The notes under the pieces are model-generated. The model saw nothing but the letters and a program-made list of their open reading frames with translations, did no database searches and had not been told where the DNA came from. DNA of 64,000 nt, taken from contig OZ024747.1 in NCBI GenBank assembly GCA_964016885.1, positions 91,512,001-91,576,000 on the forward strand, written 5' to 3'. The position numbers were made by a program, and so were the translations under genes. This document shows positions 1 to 14,176 of this stretch, in pieces; the first letter of the stretch is position 1, and every line of letters starts with the position of its first letter. The DNA comes from Eledone cirrhosa. Taxonomy: Eukaryota.

Positions 1-117
1 GTGTGTATATATACACATATATATATAGAGTCTATATTGATTTTAACAATACTATTCTTGTCTTTATTCTACCTGATTGTCGATCAAGCAGAAATAGAGA
101 ACAGATTTCAATATATT

Positions 118-983
118 AATAAAAATAAAAATAAAAATAAAAATAAAAATAAAAATATCAGAGACAAGAAAATAAATAAATAAATAAACAGAAAAACTAA
201 AACATTTAATATTAAAAATAAAAAATATTACAAAATATTAAAAAATATTAAAAAATAATATTAAAAAATAATACAAATAAAAATAAAACACAGAGATCAG
301 CCTTTCAAAGTTAATTGACAATATATTGCCAAGATCATCATAAGCATCAGAGTCGAAACAGATAAAACAAAAATTGTTTACCAAATCCTGTCTAGCAGAA
401 ATCATTCCAAAAGTTTAGGATACCCATTTGGTCTACATATGTTCTTATATATAATATAGAAGTTTATCAAGTTTAAAATTTAATTCGATATATTTGGAGC
501 ATCAGCTTTTAGGGTAGTTTAATTATTCATGAAGAATGTTTAAAAAGAATGTTTTAATAAAAAGAAGAAATCGAAAGATTTATCGGCTAGTTTCATAAAT
601 AATTACAAATCAAATCAAAACAAACATAATTACATTTTAAATTTAAATTTATATTTAAACGTTGAGTTCAATCTATGTCTGCAGCAACTGAATAAATTTG
701 TCCGTAGATTAAGGGAATTTTTAGATTTTAGTATAAAGAATATCTCCTCCGCACAGAGGTCACATGTCTCAGAGGATGAATTAAAAGGAATCCCCCTTGA
801 AACTATATTCCAAGTCGTCGAATATCTAACGTTATCATGCCTAAGTTGCCAGAGTACGCCTGATAGTGCTGTTGAAGATTTTTTGGATGGATCTGTGAAA
901 GAATTCTTGTGGTTGTTATAGCGAAGTTTAAATTCCGTCGATGTAGAACCAACGTAGTTAAAAGAATTAAGATCATTACTTTT

Positions 984-986
<3 letters not shown>
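118..986 (-). mobile_element. 5'-truncated Penelope-like element (endonuclease fragment plus T-rich 3' region)
   Basis: GIY-YIG fragment followed on the minus strand by a T-rich tail with (TTTTTA)n, as in the element at 11423-14178. The 3' boundary is uncertain. Confidence 0.6.
630..986 (-). pseudogene. C-terminal GIY-YIG endonuclease fragment of a Penelope-like (Naiad-type) retroelement
   Basis: ORF reads YVGSTSTEFKLRYNNHKNSF...STALSGVLWQL...WNIV...CDLCAEEIFFIL...LNLRTNLFSCCRH, the PLE GIY-YIG pattern with CxxC...CRH. It is truncated at the (TA)n tract beginning about 987. Confidence 0.85.
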
Positions 987-1804
<818 letters not shown>

Positions 1805-2255
1805 TTGCATTTGTGTATTTTCCTCCAAAATACTCAATTATCAGACATGTTAAGGGTGTGTAGAATCTATTTTTACTGTATGTCTGTAAAACGGAGTATG
1901 TCATCATACCTTAATGTTTCGTGCGATCGATGCCATCCATAACACAATCACCCTAGCAACCAATCACAGGTCTAGGAAGAGCACCATCCAGACCACTAAC
2001 CATGTAATTAACGCACAAGACGAATCACCTGCTGATATCTGTCAAACAAAATGAAGCTAATGACTACACTACCATTACTATCAATGTGACCAACTCGCTT
2101 AATAAAATATCCAATCATTCAAAAGACAGTCAACACCTTTTCAATTACCTGACGCGCTGTTCATTATTTCAAACTCACCTCGGAGAACGTTCGGCTAATG
2201 TCAACCGCATGAAACATTTAGGTATGAGTGAATAATCTTATATATGTCTAAAGTC

Positions 2256-2360
2256 TGCCTCGAGCCGGGAGACTCATCTGGTCGGTGTTTATCCTGGTTT
2301 CTGTGGCGTCAAGTGACTGAGAGTATAAGACTCCCCCCTGGAGAGGACGCCACTCCATCA
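2256..2360 (-). mobile_element. SINE fragment resembling the V-SINE central/3' region
   Basis: Minus strand GATGGAGTGGCGTCCTCTCCAGGGGGGAG...ACTCTCAGTCACTTGACGCCACAGAAACCAGGATAA resembles V-domain SINEs (recognised from memory). Confidence 0.45.
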
Positions 2361-2484
2361 TGCTTGCTTGTGTTTATATATAGATATGAGTGCCTCTTGA
2401 ATGGTCAGCCACTTCATTGAAGGGGTTATACGCTTTGATGACAGTATTCACAGATTTTCCTGTATTTTCGATAGTTGGATTGAC

Positions 2485-2639
<155 letters not shown>

Positions 2640-2945
2640 ACCTAGTGAGCTTTTAGTTAAAGACTGAATAGGTTTTGACTGATGTTTACAATTTGTGCCA
2701 ATATACTGTAAAAGATATAAACTTACATTTTATACCTTTTTGTATATACATGTGTTTGTACAGTGAAAAGTTTAAATAGAATGGAAACACCTATCTATAT
2801 GTACATACATTAAAATATATATCAGCTTTAAACCTCAGATTGTGAATCCCAAATTTTCCCGTGTTTAGACGTCTACGACTGTAGACATATCGGCCCAGAT
2901 CGAAAAAAGGTAAATATAAACATTATACCAACCATATTCATACGA

Positions 2946-3145
2946 TCTTCCTCTCTTCTTCGCCCACCTATTCCTGAGAGGGTCGTAGGGACAGAGTCCT
3001 CAAATACTCTCTTCAGCGGGTCCTGTCAAAAGCAACGGTCTCCATCTGATCCGACTGGATCCCCAAACGTGACCAGTTAAGCTCGAGGATGTTATCCAAC
3101 CATCTTGCCCGTGGTCTACCCCTGGGTCTTCGTCCTGTTGATTTT
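2946..3145 (-). mobile_element. RTE-clade (Expander/Rex3-like) LINE 3' end fragment
   Basis: Minus frame TGRRPRGRPRARWLDNILELNWSRLGIQSDQM matches the RTE C-terminal motif GxRPRGRPRxRW. Same family as 4085, 45850 and 50930. Confidence 0.75.
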
Positions 3146-4084
3146 TCCCGTAAAATCTATCTAGGCTTACATTATCTAAGTATCCGTTTGTTTTTAAAGA
3201 TTATCGTCTGATTTGACGATGGTATGCATGGATTTATAGTTAATATTTTCACTTCACAGTATTTCGTTTGGCGCTCAATCCCACATCACTAAATTATCCC
3301 CAATTGACGAAGGTACTGAAATTATAATTCGGTAGTCGGAAACTGTAAAATCTGTCGGAAAAACTGCATCAATTCGTGGCAGTTCAATCTGTTTAAACCT
3401 ATACCTGATCGTTTGGTGATTTAGTGGAGTCAACCTTTTGTACGCCTTCTTGCCAGATTTCCTCTATTAGTCTCAGAATCCATGAAAGGGGTCATGGATG
3501 TTTTACAACAATATTTGAAATCATTTCTGGCAAGTATTGACAAATGATTCAATTCTTGACTACAATGGAAGACTTGTTATTTTAAGTTACTAATATTTTT
3601 GGCATATCAGCATACTTTTAAACTATTAACATACATGCTGTGCAACGCTACTGTATTTTGATATCTACTCTAAAAAAAATTTATGTGTAAACTGGATTCT
3701 CTACATATGTGATTAAATTTTGAAATTGTACAATCTGCCTCCACTGCACCTACATAGAAATATATCTTGGTATACTAGTTTAAGCAATATAGGCAACACT
3801 TGGTCATTTTTATCTGTTACACATGAATATATGTTTCATTGGCACAGAAGATTCAACATCTGTTTTTCGGTTTCATTTTCTGGCACTAGAGATTACATAT
3901 CATTTCACATATCATAACTGATATTTTTGAAAGAAATATTCAAATCATTTCTTGGCTCAGTATTCCACTCAATACTTCATGTTACTAAGTATTTTTGACT
4001 TCAAATTACTTTGGATTTGATATCCCTTTTAGCCCCACGTCATACAATAAAGTTGTATACACCAAATAAAAAATAAACTCTCCT

Positions 4085-4330
4085 TGCCCCTGTCTATACT
4101 TCTCCACATCGAGATGTCGCAGCTCCGGTATTGCAAGCTATGTTGAGAGACTTTAAGGGCAAAGCCAACCACCAGGAGACTCAGAGGATAGCAACGAGAA
4201 AAATAGTTAGATAACATCCTTAAGCTCGGTTGTTCGCGTTTGGGATCTAGTTAGATAATTTCGAAAGGGCTTTTTTCTGATAGGATTCTCCGGAAGGCTT
4301 GTCTCAAGACTGTGCCACCACAACCTAAGG
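4085..4330 (+). mobile_element. Degenerate RTE-clade LINE 3' fragment
   Basis: LLHIEMSQLRY...AKPTTRRLRG...LDNILKLGCSRLG, homologous to 2946-3145 and 50930-51335. Confidence 0.6.
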
Positions 4331-5885
4331 AATGTGTGTATGAAAAGGGAGGAGGAGGTGGAAGAGGAGGGGAGGAAGTGGAAGGGAGGAAGAGGAAGGA
4401 GGAGAGGAGGGGGAAAAGGAGAAAATTTCTTCGTTAACACGCTATAGGTTTCACTTTACAATATATATTTACATGATAAAAATCACATTACGGCACACTA
4501 AATCTATACTATCACAAGATTGCATATATTTGCATTATTCTAAGAGTATTATTTTCATATAGAAAGATGTAGTGAGTTATACTTTATTTAGATTTTCCGT
4601 ATAGTCTATTAGCTCACACCAGAGAAATTTCCGCAGCTTATAAAATTATTATAAAACGTGCTGACAAATATTGTTGAATATACGTCAATATGCACCCGAA
4701 TACACGCAAGTTATATATATATGTACACTTGTGTGTATGTATATATGTAGATAGGTAGGTGTGTATGCATAGATGTGTGTGTGCATGTGTATGTAGGTAT
4801 GTATGTAGATAAGCAAGTATGTGTGTGTGTAGGTATGTGTGTGTAGGTATGTCTGTATGTGTGTGTGTAGGTATGTATGCATATATATATATATGAATAT
4901 ATGTAGATAAACAAGTATGTATGTTGGCACTTTCTCTTAATATTTTCCGGCCACCTTCCTGGTGGCAAAGTTGTAAAAAACAAAAAAACAAAAACAAAAA
5001 ACTGAATGCAATTTTCGTTGTCCCCTATGCAATCGCTCATCTTTCGAAAGTCCTCCATATTTTCAAAGTTCAAGATATCTTGACCCCTTGTAGGCTTTGA
5101 ATTAGGAGTTGTGTTCTTTATCCACAAATCCAATTTCAGTCATACTTTAGTTCTGGCAAATTAGTGTATATCATGTCGCTCCAATAATAATAGGTATGGA
5201 ACTGAACGTGTAACAAGGATACTGGATCTATAAGATCAATGGAACATCCTTCTTAATAAATTAACGTTTATGTGACTACACATTTCATAGACCCATGTAT
5301 TCTTAACGTAATTCTCAGGGAGATTATGTGAGACATAGCGTTTGGCAAGGCTGGACCTTTGAGTAGTAAAACGGAAGGGCTTCCGAACATTCTCTTTCTA
5401 TACAATTTTAGTCACGATGCATGAATTGATGTGTGGTTATGGAAAATGACATTTTCCCGTGATGTCCCGTAGTGGGCTCTACCTCGGAACCTGAGTGAAA
5501 TTCATTAGAAGTTATTCGGGTAGGGTGTACCTGTAATTCGAAGAGCCAGCTTTGTCAAAAACTACGTTTCATGATTGTGTTTAATAACTGCTATAAGAGA
5601 CAAAGTACCTGTGGTGTAGTAATAGCCGAAAATGACAAAGACACACTACATACTTTTCACGCACACGCATTCACACAAATGTACGTGTGTATACATACAT
5701 AGATTCGTTCATTCATATATACATACTCATATATATATTCATACATACATACATTCATATATATTCATACATACATACATGCACTCACACACTCTCATAT
5801 AGTTCTTTAGTTTGTTTCAGCTATCACAGACGAGACCATGTTGCCAAATCACATACATGTAATATACTGATATTATTTACATAAT

Positions 5886-6077
5886 GGCGGTGGATTGGCA
5901 GTATCGGTAGAGGGTCGGACGCCATGCTTTGACGCATAGAGTTACGGCCCTTGCCATTCTGAGTTCAAATCCAGCCGAGGTTAACTTTGCCTTTCATTCT
6001 TACGGGGTCGATAAAATAAAGTACCAGTAATGCACTGGAGAATTGCTGGCCTTGTTCTAAAAGTAGAAACAATTATT
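5886..6077 (+). mobile_element. tRNA-derived SINE (main family), full length
   Basis: A-box-like TGGCAGTATCGG, B-box GAGTTCAAATCC, body CTTTGCCTTTCATYCTTACGGGGTCGATAAAATAAAGTACCAG, tail AGAAACAATT. About 20 copies in the window. Confidence 0.9.
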
Positions 6078-7849
6078 TACATACTTTTATTTAGACACGC
6101 GCGCACAACCATATATACACGAGCATATATAATTCATTCATACATACATCAACACACATATATATTTATACACACCCAAAATAACACACATATACGCACA
6201 CACTCACACACACACATGCATACACACATTTACATATTTATGTTTATGTATATATAATATATATATATATATATATACATTTCCCGTATGTATATAAGTA
6301 CAATTACTTGTTCGTGTGTGTCACAGATCTTCAACAATGGCGGTTTCAGAAAATCTATAAAACACTTAACAGAAGGTTAAGAAAACACGAGGGCAATAAC
6401 TTTAATGCATAAACTGATAGGAAAATTCTAGAATGAACTGGGAAACCCCAATTAATAAATTAAAATGCATTCAATGGAAATAAAATTTCTATTAAAAAAT
6501 AAAACTACCAATGTGCAATTCCTGCTGCTGTATAACTTTGATGAAGACTTCTTATCATACATATGCACATATATGTAATGATGATTGTAAATGTAAAGCG
6601 AACGTCGTGGATTACACAAAAGCCTGTAGAAGACTAAGTCTGTTGTACTGATTTCGATTACCGGTTGCTGAGGTTTTACTGAAATAACGTTACTAAAATG
6701 TGTGGGAATCAATGTACTAGTTGTCGATTGCTTTGATATAAATTGCGAGAATTCATAGCTATGTCAGGATAATTTTATGTAACCGGAGATGATGTTATTA
6801 AAACAGCTCATACGCAAATTCCTCATTATCGTTATTAAAATATGGGTTCGAATTCCACTGAGGTCGACTTTACATTTTACTTATAAATTGATGTCAATAA
6901 ACAATTTTTGTAATGTTTTATTATCTGTCAATGTTAGAAATCTCTATTAGAATAGCTATGATAAGTATCTAAATTACCTTTATTCCACGTTAATTTGTAG
7001 AAAATATATCTTTGAATGATTTAATCTCTGCCAAGTAAAATATTTCTGTGCGTTTGTGATTCCGAATGGTATACATGTTTCATACACCTAGCTGGTTCAA
7101 CCAAGCCAGGAAGTTTTTAGGGTACACACCATACGAAAGAAGTTACGTTTATTCTACACAGAACAAAGCGGGTTTAGTATATATAATGCAGCTAATAACG
7201 GTGTCTGATTTTGCAGCTAATATTAGTATATTTGTATATGCAACCAAAATATTGCCAGCATTTGCTCACAGCAGCCATCACACACTACCTAAGTAATTCA
7301 TACTCCCTTTTATACAAACCACCACAAATGGCATTATTTTAAATAGTAACCGTATTTCTCTCAAATCCCATTAAACATTTAAATATGAATACAGGAAAAA
7401 TTGAACAATGTGATTTATATATATAAACGGTTAACATTATACGCACACATTACATTAATCAATAGAAAAACACCCGTTTCGTTTTGTTTGTTATATTAAT
7501 GGATGCGAGAATTTACTTGTAAAGGTGACAACAATAATATTAAGTTTAGGAAAATAGAATGCTAGAATAAAGTATCTTGGCGTCTTGAAAAGAAACAACT
7601 CAGTGATTTTTTAAAAATTCTCACTGTATACCAAAAAACAAGAAATGCACTGATTTTGATAGTTCTTTTTTCCTGAGTTCTTCTTGCGTCATTACCACTC
7701 TTGAGAAACATGCTGATCGCAGCCTCATACCATTTTCATTCATAATTCATGCAACCATATAACATGTTTTAATCTGTAAAATAAAAAGTAGTGTGATACC
7801 AATATAACCAACTTAAGCAATTCATTCTCTCTTATATACACGTATATAC

Positions 7850-7960
7850 AGCAGGTCCGAAAACAAAAGAACCAAACTCCCACTGTCAGTACCTCCGTCC
7901 CACCCGCTCTCCCCATTGTGAGGAAATTGGGCCCCACGTGTTGGCCACCCCGCGGCTCCA
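7850..7960 (-). mobile_element. Probable CRE-clade LINE 3' UTR fragment
   Basis: Homologous to 28900-29000, which lies directly downstream of a CRE-like endonuclease C-terminus. Confidence 0.45.
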
Positions 7961-8009
7961 CACGTGATCACAGATATATAGAGGAAGCAAAACCAACCTC
8001 CTATATGAG

Positions 8010-8066
<57 letters not shown>

Positions 8067-8140
8067 AAATAGAGCAAATTAGTATAGTTATTGAGATAAT
8101 ATTACAAACTCATGGACATCTGAAATGAAGTATTTTCTTT

Positions 8141-8166
8141 ACTACTACTACTACTACTACTACTAT

Positions 8167-8225
<59 letters not shown>

Positions 8226-8388
8226 TTACTACTACTAATATTACTACTACTAGTATTACTACTACTGCTATTACTAATACTACTGCTATTACTAATACTA
8301 TTGCTATTACTAATACTGCTGCTATTACTACTACTACTGCTATTACTACTGCTATTACTACTATTACTGCTATTACTATTACTACTAA
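8141..8388. repeat. (TAC)n/(TAT)n trinucleotide microsatellite
   Basis: Direct reading. Confidence 0.95.
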
Positions 8389-8699
8389 TTTTGCACAACC
8401 AACAGAGCATATACTTTACACAATCACTGCCCAATTAAATAACACATCAAGAGCATGACCCATGGGTACCCTTCCGCTGACGCCTTTTAACCACAAGGAT
8501 GTCAAAGATGCGCACTTAAACCGTTTAAAGATCGTTTTCTTCTGATCCATCTGTCACCTCTTTCTCGCACATTCAATCCTTATCTTCATCAAACACAACC
8601 ACCTACATTTTCTTTTTCTTGCCTCTACCAAATTCCGTAAACTAAATCCCCTCATTCTCGCCTCTCGCACGTCTAACTTCCTCTCTCACCCGCCCATCT

Positions 8700-9070
8700 T
8701 ATCTATATTCTCATCCGACCTCCACCAACAGCCACCCATCCACCCCACCCTACCACTTCCTCTTCCCACCACGTACACCGAGCCCAACACTTCCATCCTC
8801 AACACAACCAATCTAAAAAATTGTTGTCACCCTTCCCTCGACCTTTCTCTCTTCCGACCTAAGCGTTCCCTCCTCAATGGCACCCTGCGCTTTATACCCT
8901 ACACTACATACAGCAACGAATTTCGCACTGCTGCGCATATTGAACGGTTGCTGCACCGCACCATATTCCAGGCCCATTTCCATGGCACACGAATAAGCCG
9001 GACTGTTTCCTGGACCTGGGTCGATGACTATCTCAGTGGACGCCAGCACCCTGGACACATTCATTGACGG
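8700..9070 (-). mobile_element. Degenerate CRE-clade LINE restriction-like endonuclease relic
   Basis: Frameshifted pieces VNECV/SRVLAS...LIRVPWK...AATV...EERK...LRMEVLGS parallel the CRE RLE pattern (N..I.RAL.SA...L.PW...AE.RK...AVETLG). Confidence 0.4.
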
Positions 9071-9082
9071 CTATTAATTAAG

Positions 9083-9263
9083 TTGGCAGTATCGGTAGAG
9101 AGTCGGACGCCATGCTTTGAAGCATAGAGTTACGGCCCTTTATGATCTGAGTTCAAATCCCGCCGAGGTTTACTTTGCCTTTCATCCTTACGGGGTCGAT
9201 AAAATAAAGTACCAGTAATGCACTGGGATAATTGCTGGCCTTGTGCCAAAAGTAGAATCAATT
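9083..9263 (+). mobile_element. tRNA-derived SINE (main family)
   Basis: Near-identical to 5886-6077, with imperfect flanking duplication ATTAAWTAAGTTG. Confidence 0.9.
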
Positions 9264-9569
9264 AAATAAGTTGATAGAGCACTCAAACCGAAAGACCACC
9301 GTTCATTTTAACATGAGGGGTTATATCTAAATCCTACAAATGAAGCAAGTGTATCCGGAAAATGTACAGTTGTGTAAAATATATATTGATAGATAGATAT
9401 AGAGATATATAGATATATACTTTCCATGTTGCCCCTGTCTTCATTACTAATTGACGTATGAGTGCTCTCGGAGAGATAAGTATTGTACGTACTTTCTTTT
9501 AAGCTCTGCTCCTTATTTAGTGAGTAGTGGCCCAGCCCTAACTATTCTGATCTCTCTTCCAATTGCTTT

Positions 9570-9635
<66 letters not shown>

Positions 9636-9910
9636 GCATACTTATAGACACACGTGTGTATATAAATGTATATATGCATGCATTGCATGCACGCGAGAGT
9701 GTGTGTGTTTCTGGGTTAACTACCGAGCATTAATAACTAAAGCATTTCTATGTATAATGCTTTCAAGTGAGCATTAGAACTCGAAGCCATATTGCTTAAT
9801 TTCATTTCCGCATTAATAGGCATGGAAATATGTCACTTCTCTCTCTCTGTCTTTCACGAACACCTTTTCGCTCTCTCTCTCTCACTCTCTCCATCTCTCA
9901 CTCTCTCCAT

Positions 9911-9916
<6 letters not shown>

Positions 9917-9997
<81 letters not shown>

Positions 9998-10119
9998 AAG
10001 TATGTGTGTATATGTAATTAGGTATATAAACATACGAGTATATATGCTTGTGTGTATATATATATATATATATGCATATGTCAACGTGAGAGTGAAAGGA
10101 GCGACAGAGAGAGATCGCT

Positions 10120-10193
<74 letters not shown>
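9917..10193. repeat. (CT)n and (GA)n microsatellites in opposite orientation
   Basis: (CT)n about 9917-9994 and (GA)n about 10124-10193. Confidence 0.9.
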
Positions 10194-10195
<2 letters not shown>

Positions 10196-10268
10196 CAGTT
10201 AGTCGCCTTGTACTGTCTCGGAAATGTATTAATTCAGTGAAAGGAAGCCAATGAAAAAAGAAAAAGAA

Positions 10269-10311
<43 letters not shown>

Positions 10312-10857
10312 CTTGAACTGATATCAATTAAACAAGACAAATCTATGTAGAATGACCTATAGACATTATGAATAAGAGACCTATCTAATTACACCTTATC
10401 GAAGTAGCAATGGTTCATAGGTTAAGAATGAGAATAAACTTGACAGTGCCAAACTATGTATTTGACACCAGAATGAAAAAGAATATAAAACTAGAATATT
10501 AGTGATGAAACAAAATGTCTCACCTCATTCTAAAATCCTATTGGCTCTGGTGAAACAGTCAAACCTATTCTCTGTGTCAGTCATAGTGTTACAGCAGTAA
10601 TCGATACACTTATGTCTAAAAGAACAAAACAAAACAAATTAAAAAAAAAATTGTTCTATTCTTCAATTTAGTTGGAAATTTGTCAAGATCCCACATCTTG
10701 TAGTATGTTTTGCCCCAGAAAGGTCGGCCATTCAAACTTTGTTCCAGATATTGGTTATAGATATTTCGACATAAAAATATCGAAATCGATCTCACCCTTC
10801 ACCAATGATCCAGTAATAATAAACTGCATTACATACAACGATATATATATATATATA

Positions 10858-11195
10858 TTTGAAAAAAGGAAAAGAATGACTTCACTTGTAGTGTTAAAAA
10901 ATGTTATGATTTAATGTTATAATTGTTTCTACTATTAGTACAAGGCCAGCAATTATCCAGTACATTACTGGTACTTTATTTTATCGACCCCGTAAGGATG
11001 AAAGGCAAAGTTAACCTCGGCGGGATTTGAACTCAGAATGGCAAGGGCCGTTTAATGTTATAATATTATAATATTATGAGTTGATAGATCCAGTCACTGA
11101 ATTTACCAACTCATAATATTATAGTATTATAACATTAAATCATAAAATATTTTAACACTACAAGTGAAATCATTCTTTTCATTTTTTTCAAATAT
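10858..11195. repeat. Long inverted repeat interrupted by a SINE
   Basis: Left arm 10858-10922 plus 11051-11082 is the near reverse complement of 11108-11195. Confidence 0.8.
10922..11050 (-). mobile_element. 5'-truncated SINE (main family) with target-site duplication (TSD) TTTAATGTTATA
   Basis: SINE body on the minus strand, with a 12-bp direct repeat on both sides. Confidence 0.9.
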
Positions 11196-11295
11196 ACCTA
11201 ACTGTACCAAGGATAATTTATTCTATATTGCTCTGATTGTTGATTATTTAATTAATTAATTCGTCATTGAGCCACATCTTGAATGGTTGCCAAAA

Positions 11296-11419
<124 letters not shown>

Positions 11420-11422
11420 TAT

Positions 11423-12604
11423 GTCTCAATGGGCTCTTACGACAGTGCTGATGTTTGTGATCTGGTCGGCCTATTCCTCTTACATACACTTAAAGAAAAA
11501 TTTCCTAACCATATTTTTGGGCTTTATCGCGACGATGGTCTAATACTTTCCCATACCACCATAGGCCATAACTTAGATAGATTAAGGAAAGACTTAATAA
11601 AAACCTTCGCTAGTTTTAATCTTAAAATTACTATTGACACTAACCTTTCCAACGTAGATTTCCTAGATATAAACCTAAATTTGCCTACTGCTTCTTATAA
11701 ACCATACCATAAACCTAATGAAAACTTAAAATATATAAATAAAGAATCTTGCCATCCACCTATAGTTTTTAAAAACCTTATCCCTAATATTAGCCGTAGG
11801 ATCTCCACCCTCTCTTCCTCAGAAGCTATTTTTAATAAGGCATCCCCTACTATAATAAAGCCCTCCAAAATAGCGGTTTTAGCGAACCGATTAAATACAT
11901 ACCCAACTCTACTAACTCTATTAAACATAAAAACAGGAAAAGAAAAATAATCTGGTTCACACCCCTACTCTCTAGCAGTTAAAACTAATGTAGGCAAAAA
12001 ATTCCTTGAGCTCCTAGATAAACATTTCCCTAGAACACATAGTTACTATAAGATCTTTAACAGAAACTGTGTCAAAATTAACTATTCCTGCGGTCCCCCT
12101 ATTAAGTCCTATATCCTCAACAAAATATCACCTAGAGAAAATCAAACTTGCTCCTGTAGAATCAAAAGTGAATGCCCATTACAAGGTAAATGCAACACCA
12201 AAGCCATTGTATATGCGGCTAAAGTGACAACCATCAGCAACAACCATCCAGCCAACAGTGAACGATGTGGGTATGACGCAAGACAAATTCAAAACGCGTC
12301 CTTTCGACATCCAGAAAAAAGATTTACAACAGCTCTGGCTAGCAGAATTTGGGATTTGAAAGACCAAGGCATCCAATATAAATTAGATTGGTCAATTTTG
12401 AACCAATCTAAAGAATATGCTAGAGGAACAAGAAAATGCACGCTCTGCATAAATGAAAAATATTGGATATTGCAAAATCTAAAATCACCAAAGACCTGCC
12501 TGAACACAAAGACGGAAATTTTCACCAGTTGTCCACACATGAAATCACACCTGCTTTCCAGCTCATATAAACTTAACACACTTTCAGATACTTATCCTCC
12601 ATAA
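11423..12604 (+). pseudogene. Frameshifted PLE reverse transcriptase / GIY-YIG endonuclease polyprotein
   Basis: [14 protein letters not shown]...GLYRDDGL...VDFLDINLNL...YKPYHKPN...SCHPP; then RKRKIIWFTP...KTNVGKKFL...NYSC...CSCRIKSECPLQGKC...IVYAAKV...VGMTQDKFKTR...TALASRIWDLK...CTLCINEK...LNTKTEIFTSCPH. Frameshifts near 11850, 11963 and 12265-12300. Confidence 0.9.
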
Positions 12605-12675
12605 ACTCTTATTATTCTCTTTTTAAATACCCTTTCTGACTTACTTTCATTTTTACCCTTGTCATTAATTTCATT

Positions 12676-12910
12676 TATTTTTATTTTTATTATTTTTTTA
12701 TTTTTATTTTTATTTTTATTTTTATTTTTATTTTTATTTTTATTTTTATTTTTATTTTTATTTTTATTTTTATTTTTATTTTTATTTTTATTTTTATTTT
12801 TATTTTTATTTTTATTTTTATTTTTATTTTTATTTTTATTTTTATTTTTATTTTTATTTTTATTTTTATTTTTATTTTTATTTTTATTTTTATTTTTATT
12901 TTTATTTTTA
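12676..12910. repeat. (TTTTTA)n hexanucleotide microsatellite within the PLE 3' UTR
   Basis: Direct reading. Confidence 0.95.
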
Positions 12911-13217
12911 CTTCACATCCACCAATAACCCCCCCCTTTATTCTCCGATTCACTTTCCATTTTTTACTTCCCCTTTATTTTTACTTCCCTTTTTCCTTCA
13001 CTAACTGATTACACTTGTCATTTGTGTTTTCCAAACCAGATATATTTTTCATTTTTAGTTTTATTTTTTTATTTTTGCGCAGCCAATCTTACAATTTTAT
13101 ATTTGTACTTACTTATCCACAAGTTTTTTACACCCTGTATCAATATGGATGAACGCCTTAATGTGTGTATACTTTCTATATATGTACATGAGCGACTACG
13201 TATGTGTGCGCGCGTGC

Positions 13218-13275
<58 letters not shown>

Positions 13276-13998
13276 ATATATATATGTGTGTGTATGTATA
13301 TGTGTATGCGTACGTGTATGTGTCTTTATATCCGTGTTTTGACATCTAGGTTTTATGTTTTGTTCCTTTTTTCTTCTCCCCCCCTTTTTTTACTTACTCA
13401 TTTTTATTCGTGTGCATGCAAACAGGTCAATATGTGTGAGTGTAAGTATGTGTGTGTGTGCGTACGTATCGAACGTATGGATGTGTAAGTGTGCGTGTGT
13501 ATATAAGCATGTATATTTTTGCGTTTCTTTTGTGATATGCGTGTCTGTGTATGTATGTACCCTTTTTTGTCTTCTTTTCTTTAATTTTTTCTTTCTAAAT
13601 TATTGTTCCATTTTTATAAATATATCGAGATTGATACTTTCCTTTAATTATTATACTCCCTTACCTCTTTTACTTCCGCATCTAAGTGTACGTGCGTGTA
13701 GGTGTGTTTATGCGCGTGCCTTCATATTCATATTCTTATGATGTATCTATTCTGTCTGTAGATTACAGACATACAGATACATTTGCCCTAAATTTTATAT
13801 TTACGCACACTTTTTCACTATACGTATACATATGTGCATACACATATATGCACATCTGTGAGCGTATATACATACATATACACACACCTAACTATATTTC
13901 TTGAAAGATTATTATATATTTAGTATTCTAATTCATTTGTCTATATCTTTTTTTTGATTTTCTTGACGGGACTTTCCAAGTATTTACCCATGTTTTAT

Positions 13999-14076
13999 AT
14001 TGCCTCGTCTGACGAACGAATGAAGACGCTTCTTTCGTATTCGCCTCATTCGGGAAACCTCTGGTAATGAGGTAAT
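13999..14076 (+). ncRNA. Type I hammerhead ribozyme at the PLE 3' end
   Basis: Stem I ATTGCCTCGT/ATGAGGTAAT; core CTGACGA (14009-14015); stem II CGAATGA/TCATTCG; GAAA (14054-14057); stem III ACC-tct-GGT; cleavage triplet GTA. The base of stem II is an A.G mismatch. Confidence 0.75.
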
Positions 14077-14176
14077 TATATTGTATTGATTTTTATACAT
14101 TTAATTTTGCTCTGATACTTACATAGAGCACTCTTCACTTCTATGACCTTTTCTGTTTTCAAAGGAAATTTCAATG

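Noticed and set aside
290-352. Possible hammerhead in the tail of the first PLE
   Set aside because: Core words are present but stems I and III cannot be paired convincingly.
5886-5975. tRNA gene
   Set aside because: The A/B boxes belong to a multicopy SINE head. No full cloverleaf.
7870-7950. HDV-like ribozyme on the minus strand (CCCA-ATT-TCCTCAC-AAT...TGGG)
   Set aside because: P2, P3 and L3 look plausible but there is no P1 partner, and the homologue at 28900 does not keep P3.
8102-8434. Ser/Asn-rich 110-aa ORF
   Set aside because: Translation of a (TAC)n microsatellite.
11423-12604. Selenocysteine recoding in the Naiad ORF
   Set aside because: No in-frame TGA at the visible conserved cysteine positions, and no SECIS identified.
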